A stretch of DNA of 64,000 nucleotides from Octopus sinensis (Eukaryota). The position numbers and the translations under genes are program-made. The notes under the pieces were generated by a model. It searched no databases, was not told the DNA's origin, and saw only the letters and a program-made list of their open reading frames with translations. Within the stretch, counting starts at the first letter, position 1. Each line of letters opens with the position of its first letter. The stretch is taken from NCBI RefSeq assembly GCF_006345805.1, contig NC_043012.1, positions 13,206,001 to 13,270,000 on the forward strand. Reading direction: 5' to 3'. This document shows, one piece after another, positions 24,344 to 35,679 of this stretch.

Positions 24344-25548
24344 GCTAACTTCATCTTAATGTTGCCTCAATACTTTCATTTGTATCTCCTTCTATGTCTT
24401 TCTCTCTGTTACCCATCTCAATATATTACTCGAGTACACCCTTCCTCAGTGTTCCGTAGCTTTTCTACACTGAAATAAACTATCAAATTATGCGGACCGT
24501 ATCTTTCAGAGAATTGGACATCTAGCCAATTGAACTGCACAGTTTAGGCACAGTTCTATATGCGGTGCCATGCCACTCATTTTGTTGTAATAACTGCCAT
24601 GCAATTGATTAGTTACTGAGTTCTCGCCTTCGTAACAATATGGTTCTAAGGTAAGTCTTATTCAGAGAACTCTGTGAATGGAATTTGGCAGACATTGTGT
24701 CTGATTGTGTGTTTCCTTAATTAAGTAAATACATATATTCATATAAACATATTTACATATTGGTACATTTATACACACAAAACCACGCAGATAGATACAC
24801 TCACCTCTGTGTGTTGGCATGCGTTTGTGTGAATGTGTATGTGTATACGCGCCAACTCATGTTTGTGTATATATACACATGCGCTTATGTGAATGTGTTT
24901 TTCTTACATTTGTAAACTTGTAAAAAAGAATTTCGGGTCTACAGGTCGAGAAGTGATTTATCAAATTCATGGAGATTGATGATGAGTTACTGTAATAGAT
25001 TCTATGAACAGATAGAAATGTGTGACAGTTCTAACCTGTTGTAGTATTTGTCCAATGATTATTAAACAAAAAAGAATAGTATTATTCTAGATCAGTATGT
25101 GTGGGTGTTCAATATGTATCTGCACTTTTTCTGCATATTTACTTAAACGTATCAATGACGTTTTTTTAAATATATATTGATGGCGAGGATTTATATAGGT
25201 TAAGGGAGGTAACTCTATTTATATTTTTTTCTTCTTTCTTTATCTAAGTATACCTTCATTGTGCGTGTTTGTACGATAGTCGACTGCTAATTAATCAGTA
25301 CAACTGCTACACGTATTTTAAATCTGTGATTGATTATTGGATATCCACACCTTCCTCTCTAAGTGCTTTATATTATTTCAAGCAAGGGGATGAACTCTTT
25401 ACAACCTATTTATGAAGTACTGACTGAAATACCCAGCGCTGCTCAAACTAAAGGCACAGGGAATTCATGTTAATCTTCTAATCTCATTAAATTTTCGGGA
25501 AATTTCTGAACAAAAGAAATATCTGATTCAGTAACCAACATTTTAATT

Positions 25549-25966
25549 AACTCTTTTACTCTTTTACTTGTTTCGGTCATTTGACTGCGGCCATGCTGGA
25601 GCACCGCCTTTAATCTAGCAACTCGATCCCGGGACTTATTCTTTTGTAAGCCCAGTACTTATTCTATCGGTCTCTTTTGCCGAACCGCTAAGTTACGGGG
25701 ACCTAAACACACCAACATCGGTTGTCAAGAGATTTTGGCGGGACAAACACAGACAAACAAACACACAGACACACACATATATATATATATACATATACAT
25801 ACGTCGGCCTTCTTTCAGTTTCCGTCAACCAAATCCAATCACAAGGCTTTGGTCGGTCCAATGCTATAGTAGATGGCACTTGCCCAAGGTACAACGCAGT
25901 GGGACTGAACCCACAACCATGTGGTTGGTAAGCAAGCTACTTACCACACAGCCACTCCTGCGCCTA
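25549..25966 (-). mobile_element. SINE family A, full length, low divergence
   Basis: Complete head, microsatellite and (CTCTTTTA)n tail. Confidence 0.93.
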
Positions 25967-26127
25967 TTTGTGGATTTCTGTTTCAAAGTATAGCTTACAA
26001 TTCTGCCCCAAAATAAATCAGCGACCTTCCCTTCCTTGTGCTAATTAACATGTTTGAAGAAATGTAGAGTTGAGTTCGAGCGTCTCCCGGAGTAGCTGTA
26101 GTTTTCTATAGGCACAGGTATGCAATC

Positions 26128-26208
<81 letters not shown>

Positions 26209-26221
26209 CGTGTTTATACGT

Positions 26222-26582
26222 GTGTTTGTCTCCTCCACTGCTTGACAACCAATGCTGGTTCGTTTATGTCCAAGTGACTTGGCGTATCAGAAAGAAAGAC
26301 AGGTACTTAAGAACCAGGTTTAAATAACAAAATATATACTCGGGTCGATTCGTTCGACTAAAACCCCTTCGTGGGCTGCCGCTTCATGGCCGAGCTCCAA
26401 TGACTGAAGTAAATAGAAGCTAAAATTTAAAAAGCAAAAATATGAGTGGTTAAGAAGCTAATTTTCCAACTACGTAATTTCGGGTTCAGGGACGTGGCGT
26501 GGCACCTTAGGCGTATGTATTCAACTGTTCGACCAATATCATGTGAGTGAATCTGGTAAACAGAAATTGTGTGGAAGCACTT
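26222..26582 (+). mobile_element. SINE family A tail (26222-26421) followed by a separate family A head (26433-26582)
   Basis: GCTTGACAACCAATGCTGG...TTCGACTAAAA tail, then GTGGTTAAGAAGC...GGGTTCAG...GGCACCTTAGG head. Confidence 0.75.
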
Positions 26583-26675
26583 CATGTATATATATATATA
26601 TATATATATATACATACACACACATATATATATATACATGTACTTAGATATATGCACACATATATAGGTATATAT

Positions 26676-26711
<36 letters not shown>

Positions 26712-26719
26712 CCTTATAT

Positions 26720-27000
26720 TAATTATAATAAAGGGTTAATTGCAACAAGTTGCTCAAAACCATATACCGAAAATATTAGAAATAGCAGCCAAATAGATCA
26801 CTATTTCTCCTACTAATAAAAAAGTCTCCACAAACAAACAGAATTTGTAACCCGTATATGGCAAAGAGAAAGAAAATAACGAAATCCCAGCCTATTGGAT
26901 TAATTATAGACGAATCGTTTCTGGATTAGAACCAAAGTTCATTTCCTTATCAATATAATATTTCCTATAAATCTAGAAATGCTAGGAAAAAAACTCACCC
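26720..27000 (-). mobile_element. probable Penelope-like terminal repeat (pLTR) with a decayed hammerhead motif at 26903-26962
   Basis: Minus strand TTGATAAG-GA...TCC-AGAAAC-GATTC-GTC in T-rich sequence next to a (TA)n tract. Confidence 0.45.
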
Positions 27001-27151
27001 ATTACACTAGGTCGATCAGGGGAAATCGAACGATCTAACGGTCCGCTAGCACCTCTACATTTATATAGACAGGCGAATTCGTATCTCCCTCCAAAATTAC
27101 CACGTGAGTTACAAAAACATATATACCTATATATGTGTGCATATATCTAAG

Positions 27152-27258
<107 letters not shown>

Positions 27259-27449
27259 CACATATACATACACATATACGTATGCATGCGTAGGCTTGGG
27301 GTTGGTTGTATGTTTGTGTCTGTTTATTCAAACTAGTCGCCGTCAGCTTCCACTGGGACAGGGGTTATCCGTGGGACCTGAACCAACCGCTTTTGTGGAC
27401 ATGGCAGGGGTTCTATCTTCGGACGAAAGGAACATTTTGAATTACTCTA

Positions 27450-27660
27450 ACTGTTTTTGCAACGCTTTTCCTATGAGTGAAGGACTGTTTTCGGCCTGTC
27501 ATATTCTCGTACTCTCGGTAATAGATGATATTACTGTTTGTATATTCGAATACGGGATTCGTGTGCGTGTTTGTGCGTGCGTGTGCTTGTGTGTGCGTTC
27601 GAGTGTGTATGTGTATGGGCATGCGTGTTAACAATTGAAACGGGATAATTATAGTGATAT
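27450..27660. repeat. ~210-bp direct repeat, copy 2
   Basis: See 24134-24343. Confidence 0.9.
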
Positions 27661-28235
27661 CCTTTTAGATGTAAGTCAATGGCCATTTACCATACTGGGG
27701 CGTCGAATTGAAAGGGTTAGCCGAACAAATCACCACGAGTATTTATTCCATAGGTCCGTTTCACCGAAAAATTAATTTACGGTAACATAATATTCTAGTC
27801 GGCTGGTACAGAGACAAACACAGAGAACCAGACATACATACATACACACGCACACACGACACACACACACAAAAACACACACACACACACACACACGCAT
27901 ACACATATATACACATATATACACATATATACACACATATGTATTTGTTTAAAAAGAGATGATAAACAATGGCTGGCACAATATTGCGAGAAATCTATTA
28001 ACCGATTGATCTAGCAAGCGGGACCTCATTTCAGTGAGGAGTGAGTTGGTCTCATTGAGCAATAAAATGCGTTGAGAGAAAGGCCAGGAAACGGCGCGCT
28101 TTCTCTTCTCATGACCACATCAGCTTCATAGCATCTGGTATATGGATCTTTCAGTTGGTAGCACTTGCATATGACATTTCTTGGCAAGAGAATATCAAAA
28201 CAAAATTCCTCAATTAAACACTATATTATATACTT

Positions 28236-28396
<161 letters not shown>

Positions 28397-28555
28397 ATGT
28401 TTTAGTTTCTTTGTCAAAACCCTTTCGTTACACGTTCTGCGGTCACTTCAGCAACTCTTCAAGTAAAAGAAAAGAGCACAGATACAAACAGTATAATATA
28501 TAAACCCGTATACACCCATAGAAGACATACACACGTATTACTAAAGAAACAATAG

Positions 28556-28825
28556 CAAAGAAGAAGAAGAAGAAGAAGAAGAGAAGAAGAAGAAGAAGAA
28601 GAAGAAGAAGAAGAAGACGGAGAAGGAGGAGGAGGAGGAGAAGAAGAAGAAGAAGAAGAAGAAGAAGAAGACGGAGAAGGAGGAGGAGGAGGAGGAGAAG
28701 AAGAAGAAGAAGAAGAAGAAGAAGAAGAAGAAGGAGAAGAAGAAGAAGAAGAAGAAGAAGGAGGAGAAGAAGAAGAAGAAAGAAGAAGAAGAAGAAGAAG
28801 AAGAAAATAAGAAGAAGAAGAAGGG
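28556..28825. repeat. (GAA)n/(GGA)n homopurine tract
   Basis: Direct inspection; contains a duplicated GAAGACGGAGAAGGAGGAGG higher-order unit. Confidence 0.95.
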
Positions 28826-29774
28826 GGTGGGCATCTTAATGTCAACCAGAGAAGTTGAATTGTTGAGAATCTTTTTAGTCGCGTCTTATATCTATTGTTT
28901 GAATTTCTTTGAAATAGGAAATATATGTTCACTGGGTTTGTAAAAGAGAGCAAAGCTACAGGAAACCAAAAGACGAATGATCACAATAAGTAGTCAGCTA
29001 CCTTACCCTAGTTGTTACTGCTCCCAATGTAGGATTCCTCACCATCCAGGTGACAGGCACAGCCGTAAAAGTCATTACGAATCTATAGCAATTGGAAGGG
29101 CGTGACCCAACTGAAATAAACATTAACAACTGTGTGACGTGAGGGCTAAGGAAAAATGAATGTTGCAGTTTGCAAATGACCACTATACTGATATCTAACT
29201 GGACAGAATAAATTTACAATCTATAAATGTCTTTGAATAACCAGTCACTCATCTGGGAAGGCCTTGAATCAATGTTACCATCTGGAGACTATGTGTGATC
29301 CAGTGATAATAAAAAGACTGAAAGTAGATCTGCAATCAAATAACTTTACTCAACACTTTGCAATTGAATCATTGGAGGCAAAGATGCCTCTCATTTACTT
29401 GACAATTTATGCAGCACATTGCAGAAACCACAATGTAAGTGTATGTCAAAGCAAACTCTTACACTGTTGTACCATTGAATTACAAATAATGCGCATCTTC
29501 TATGTTCAGATGACCCCACAGCTTCCAAGAGTACAACTATTCGTCTTTGCTTAGATAAAATGACAAAATTATGGGTGTTAAGTCCCCATGGTGGGTTCTT
29601 TATAACTTGTAAGAAGATAGAATTTTATAAATATTACTTTATTTGTATCTAATATCTATGGTTAAAATGTCATCAACAGCAAAAATATATGCATTGTCAT
29701 GGAGGTTGTGGACCTTATGCATAGAATATAATTTCCAAATTTCGTAAAGATCCATTCAGTACTTTTGACTTAGT

Positions 29775-30116
29775 TTTGGATCATAAAAGAAATGACTAAA
29801 TTTTAAATTTTGATAAGCCTGGTACTTATTCTATCAGTTTCTTCTTGTGAAACCAGTAAGTTATGGGGATGTAAATAAACGAACACCGGTGTGAGGCAGG
29901 GATTTGGCAGAAACACAAAGACACGCACACAGACTTACATATATACATATATATACGATTGATTTCTTTCAGTTTCTGTCTACAAAATCCACTGACAAGA
30001 CTTTGGTTGGTCTGAGGCTTTAGTAGAAGACACATGCCAAGTCACTACACAGTGGGACTGAACTGAGGAGCATGTGTTTTGGAACGAATTTTGTTACCAC
30101 ACAGCTACACCTGCAC
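29775..30116 (-). mobile_element. SINE family A
   Basis: GGTACTTATTCTATC...TTCTTTCAGTTTCTGTCTAC...CAGTGGGACTGAAC...CACCTGCACC. Confidence 0.85.
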
Positions 30117-30196
30117 CTGTTTGTGTGTATCCGTATATGGGTGTATATATGTATGCATGTATATATGTGAATATATATGTGTACATCTCTCTCTCC

Positions 30197-30234
<38 letters not shown>

Positions 30235-30300
30235 GTATACACATCTATTCATATACATGTATACATATACAGCTATACACACATACACACACACATACAT

Positions 30301-30358
30301 AGGTGCAGATGTGGCTGTGTGGTAACAAACTTCGTTCCAAAACACATGGTTCTGGGTT
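30301..30358 (+). mobile_element. SINE family A head only; inverted partner of 30060-30116
   Basis: GGTGCAGATGTGGCTGTGTGGTAACAAACTTCGTTCCAAAACACATGGTTCTGG shares private variants with the adjacent copy. Confidence 0.8.
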
Positions 30359-30559
30359 TATATTTAAATTTAAAATAATAAGGGTGAGAAATTGAATATT
30401 AATTTGATTGATATGAATTGAAAACCAGTGGTGTAGCATACAAGACCATAGCGGATCTTCTTTTAGCAAAATGGATGTCCACTGTTAATGGTTCATACCT
30501 CTAATATAATAGTTTGACTTTAATAGTTTCAGTATTAAAGTGAAAGTATCTGACATTAC

Positions 30560-30889
30560 AATAGAGAGATGTTTTATGTTTCACTTTTAACACGTAATAA
30601 TGAAATAGTGGAGAAGATATGATATTGTTGTAGGCTCGTCCTAAGCAAGAAGTTAGAAGTCTGTTTGCCCATGGCACTACATGGACCCTACGTAAGGCAT
30701 CTTTAAAATTTGAATGAAATTGGTTGTGTAGTTCTCAAGTTTTAGCTATTCACAGTGGAGAAGATATATTGCTGTGGGATCGCCCCAGGCAAAAAGTTTT
30801 AAAAAATGAAATTGGTTGTGTAGTTCTTAAGTTTTAGGGAAACACACAGACAGACAGACAGACATTCTCAGTTTTATATATAGAGAGAT
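30560..30889. mobile_element. short Helentron-associated (HINE/DINE-like) non-autonomous element
   Basis: Internal duplicated unit AGTGGAGAAGATAT...ATGAAATTGGTTGTGTAGTTCT, a (GACA)n microsatellite and an end in TTTTATATATAGAGAGAT. Confidence 0.45.
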
Positions 30890-32173
30890 GAAAATACAAA
30901 ATTTACCACTTTTATGAAAGGAGATAAATTCTATCCCATATGTTGAAGGAAATTGCGTAAGAGAGTAACCAATGGATAGTTGGCCATGAGAGAATGAGGT
31001 CAGTAGATTTCAGAGTCTGAACGTGAACTGAACCCGTTACCATTTGTTTGAGGAGCTACGCCCGCCTCATTTTTACAAAGAACATAAACAAATACAGAAT
31101 ACTAAGGAAGGATTCTTCGATTTGTAACTCGGCAGCTTTTTTCTGGATGCTAGGAAGTAAGTAGTTATCATAATGTTCGTAATTAACAGATAGCATATGC
31201 AAACAGGTTTTACGTAAGGAATCAGCAAATAGTTGTATAGATATATTACTATGATTCCGGCTTTCTACATCAGGAGAATGTTTTGACCAAAACACTTGAA
31301 ACTGAAATGTTTCCGTTATTAATCTGTGGAACTATTTTAGTGTAGAAAAGTTTACCATATTTCTGATGGAGTGAATGAAACATTGAAGATCCCGATGATG
31401 GATAATGATAAGAAGGAAAATTTATTGATTTCACATAAATTATCGATGAGTGCAATTTGAAATGTGAACAATATGTGGTTTAAATGAAATAATTTAGTTA
31501 TGTGAAAGATAAGCGCCTAAATTACCCTGCAAAATATAAATGTAGAAGATGACAAGACCATATTTCTGATGTGATTATTCGCGTATGCATACGGTTTCTA
31601 ATCTAAATATACTTCAAAAATTCTAAGAATGGAATTATTGTCACAAATGCCATGAATACCACGTGCTTTGTTTCAGAAGTAGCATCTAGCACAGGAATAT
31701 AATAGAGTAGTTCTCGAAGGACTTTGCGGTCTAATTCGCTTTAATGTAAATATAGGTAACATTGCTTGAGTGACTGCACGGAGCCTTTCTTGCTGCCTCG
31801 GTACGTACAATTATAATATACCGACCTTTCTATCTCATAAAGATTATGCAGCTACCCCGGTGTTTATGCAACAACCTTTGCGAGAATTGCTCGTTACATC
31901 GGCAGGTGCAGGTCAAAGAAAATCAGATTCGCTTTTTAAGTGTCAGATTGTTTCATACTAGCTTCATAACCATCGCTTTTCTCACAGCAATGTCGTATTA
32001 TCTTAAAGCTAAATTGCTTACCATATAAAATATTATCAATAATATAAAATATATACAGATTAAATGCACAGAACCTTTGACAAAATGAGAAAAATATTTG
32101 CGTTGCAACATGGTCTGTTTTCTGAGAAATACTAAATGAATAACATTTTAATATTAATAGCTTCTCCACTATA

Positions 32174-32345
32174 AACACTGAGCCTAAAGTTAGAGCGAAA
32201 GGGACTGTCGATTGCATCGACCCCAGTGTGCGACAGGTACTTGTTTTAGTGACCCCGAAAGGATGGAAGGGAAACTAGATCTCAGCGGAATTTGAACGTA
32301 AAGACGGGTGAAATGCCGCCAAGCATTTTGCGCCGCGTGCCAACT
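32174..32345 (-). mobile_element. SINE family B
   Basis: GACCCCAGTG...GGTACTTG...GACCCCGAAAGGATG...GCGGAATTTGAAC. Confidence 0.8.
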
Positions 32346-33090
32346 ATTTTGCATGCTCATATACTGTAAGCTAAGTACACACGCAAACACACACACACAT
32401 ACTCACACACATTTATATATATACGTAAATAGAATTACATATATGTATATGTATATATATGTGTGTGTGCGTGTATTTTCGGTTAAAGGATTTATCTATA
32501 AAAACATTCTTAGTCAACGTGATGTCTTCATAGTCAGAACGTATGTCTGGCTGATTTCAAGGAAGCATTGCTGCTATTCCTGACAGTACAAGTAACCTCA
32601 TTTTAAACGTCCCTCATTAATATGTGCCCATGGGAATATATTGGTATTCGTGCCAGATGGCGACTGCCAAAAATATTATGAATCAACTTTATATCAAATA
32701 TAAAAGTAATATTTCTTTTTCTTTTTTAATTCTCTATGAACAATATCTTTATTTCTCTACATTTTCATCAATAAATAACTCAACAAAGATTTAATTAGAA
32801 AATGGTATACATATACATACATATACATACATACACACACACACACACACATACAAGCCCACACAGAGACACACTCACACACACACACAAACACACTACA
32901 CACTACACATACACATACGAACATCATTCCATGGCCATCCCAATTTTCTAAATCAGTGAGAAAACTGGAAAAAACAGGGGTAGCTAATAGTGAAAAATTG
33001 TTTTGCTCCATCCAATGAACCATGCGCATTAAATCTGTAACGTTATGAACAAAAATGCATTGTTTTCTTTATTTATATTTGTTGAACAAA

Positions 33091-33321
33091 GGGAGGCGAG
33101 CTGGCAGAATCGTTAGCACACCGGGCGAAATGCGTAGCCGTATTCCGTCTGCCTTTATCTTCTGGGTTCAAATTTCGCCGAGGTCGACTTTGCCTTTCAT
33201 CCTTTCGGGGTCGATAAATTAAGTACCAGTTACGCATTGGGTCGATGTAATCGACTTAATCCGTTTGTTTGTCCTTGTTTGTCCCCCTCTGTGTTTAGCC
33301 CCTTGTGGGTAGTAAAGAAAT
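33091..33321 (+). mobile_element. SINE family B, full length, young
   Basis: GAGCTGGCAGAATCGTTAG (A-box-like), GGTTCAAATTTC (B-box-like), and a 3' end CCCCTTGTGGGTAGTAAAGAAATA. Nearly identical to 51365-51596. Confidence 0.93.
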
Positions 33322-33394
33322 ATATATTTAATATAAAGAATGCAGTAGTATTTTCTAGTCTGTCGCTGTTTCAAATCAATTATTACATACATTT

Positions 33395-33505
33395 GTTTCA
33401 GTTTTCGGCACCAGGCCAGCTAGTGCGGGATGAGGTAAGTGAATTTCACCGAACCCAGTGCTCAAATGGTACATTTATTGTGGACTCCAAAAAGATGAAA
33501 AACAA
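33395..33505 (-). mobile_element. SINE family B, degenerate fragment
   Basis: CCAGGCCAGC...CCCAGTGCTCAAATGGTACATTTATT...CCAAAAAGATGAAAAACAAAGTGGAC. Confidence 0.6.
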
Positions 33506-35048
33506 AGTGGACATCAGCGAAATAAATCAATATTATATATTGAAACTTAAATCACTGTGATCCCTTTACTTCTTAAAAAGATGTAAGGGCTTTTATTTAT
33601 CCTAATTAGTCATGAGCTGTCGGACTATGGTGCACATGAATAATCTATTTTCTGGTAGGTGGGAATGACTAATTGTTCTTTGAAAGAAGAAGATAAAACC
33701 TTCCTTCCTATATTTAATCTCTGAATTTCAATCGCCTCCATCTTGCCTTAACCACACAGGAAAACGAGCGTGCATGATGCAGAGATTCCGATTTACGTAA
33801 TTAAATATGTAATAATTCTTTGACTATAAAAATTAGTATTGCACGTTCAGGACGAAGTGTTTGTATGGATATATAGGAAATATAAATCAAAAGATAAAAA
33901 CATTCTCATTTCTTTTAATCTGCTTCTGACAGATTTAACATCTGCTTCTGTAATATCTTTCTACAATTACATTGCTGAAAGAGACTCAAAAGATTTTCCT
34001 TCTACATTATTCGTTGCTTTCTATAACAACACAATTTTAAAATAAGAAGTATCATTAACGAAACTCGATCCCTCAGGTAACATTCGCAAATAACATTATT
34101 TTCAACCACATGCTATTATTTGTGTTGATATACACTAAAATGGGTAAAACTCTTGCCTTGCAACAAGTTTCGCATGAAATTTACTTTTATTAATATCGTA
34201 AATATTATTATGTGAAACCTGTTGCATTTCTCTTAATAAATAATTGCCTGGCCTCATAAGAACACATGCTCTAAAACTGTATTCATAAATACAGCTATGT
34301 GTCTCAGCACCTGTGTTTATATGTATATACGTACGTACGTCTGTATATCTGTATGTGTATGCTCTTATAAATGTATAAATGAAATTATAATGTTACAAGT
34401 GAAAAGAAGGAAATTTCTACCAAACCTCTTTTATTTAAAAGTTTGTACTGCACTATTTTTCATAAAGACAAAATATTTTCAACTAATAAATTCGAACATG
34501 AAACTAGAATTAAACTTAGATTAAAATATACATCTAGTAAAGAAAGTTATAGCGCTGACTGTGAATAATCGAAATCGTGAATGATAATTATCGCTTAATA
34601 AATATTTTCAGAAAAAAATAATTTGATCCAAGACAATTAGTAATTTATTGAAGCGCAGTCACTCGAAATATTAAAGAGAATGAACAGAGAGGTTAAAGTG
34701 CTATTTAAAGAAACAATAGATTCTTGATGAATCAACGGATGTTTGCGATAATTCGATATCACAAACGATCGTTCGACGAACAAGTATTATCTTTGAAGTC
34801 ACAAAATACCTATTTTGCATGCGTACAAGAACTGATTGTCAATATATTTTCAAAGAAATTGCGAAAACTTTTAATAACAATGTACTTTCCAAGTGTGTAA
34901 TGTATATTATACTTAGTGCTGTAAAATGATTGATATACAAGTGTCCGTTGGTCATACGTACAAAGATTGTGAGAAAATTTGATGTACAGAGCCTTAGATG
35001 TTTTGTCGGAAGTGCACCGTTGACAAAACTTCAACGTCAAGAGCTTCT

Positions 35049-35172
35049 TGAAAACTTTCATATATGATCCACTCAGTTGTAGTGACAATAAATTTCATAT
35101 CAACGGCAAGAACGTTTTGAAAACTTGCATATATGATCCGGCCAGTCGTAATGGCAATAAATTTGATATAAT
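35049..35172. repeat. two-copy 69-bp tandem repeat
   Basis: TTGAAAACTT.CATATATGATCC...G.CAATAAATTT.ATAT occurs at 35049 and 35118. Confidence 0.85.
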
Positions 35173-35434
35173 CGTCACCAGGTTAAATACATTTCCAGCA
35201 AATGCAATCAAAATAGTGTGGTGGGACACAATGGGATTTTACTACATATTTGAATTTGAGAAAAGAAAAGTGTTTACAATTATTCACTACCTTACAAGAA
35301 CTATATAAGCTAAGTGAATGACATTCTATAAATGCATTTAAAGCAATATAGCATATTCAGAATCGCATTTAAGAAAATTATCAACATTCTCTTTGAGAAA
35401 ATAAGAGACAAATTTAAAATAAGAAAGTACATGC

Positions 35435-35679
35435 GCCCTTTTAAAGCCTAGCCAGGCGCATGGGCCCGGTTTCCCGGTTTCAATGGCGTATGTGATTCCC
35501 AGCTGGATGGGACGCCAGTCAATCACAGCGTTACTTATTGTTGCCATCTGAGTGGACTGGAGCAACGTGATATGAAGTGCTTTGCTCAAGAACCCAACGC
35601 GCCGCCGGTCCAGGAATGGAAACCACAATCTTACGATCATGATGCTAACACCCTAACCACTAAGCCACGCGCCTCCACA
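35435..35679 (-). mobile_element. tRNA-derived SINE, third family
   Basis: Head GGAGGCGCGTGGCTTAGTGGTTAGGG...GGTTTCCATTCC, then TTCTTGAGCAAAGCACTT...TTGCTCCAGTCCACTCAG, a conserved SINE central-domain-like block. Confidence 0.75.

Noticed and set aside
28030-28190. ~55-codon open frame after a pyrimidine tract on the minus strand
   Set aside because: No good donor and no homology.
33091-33170. tRNA-like A/B boxes in SINE heads
   Set aside because: They continue into SINE bodies and do not form a cloverleaf, so they are not tRNA genes.
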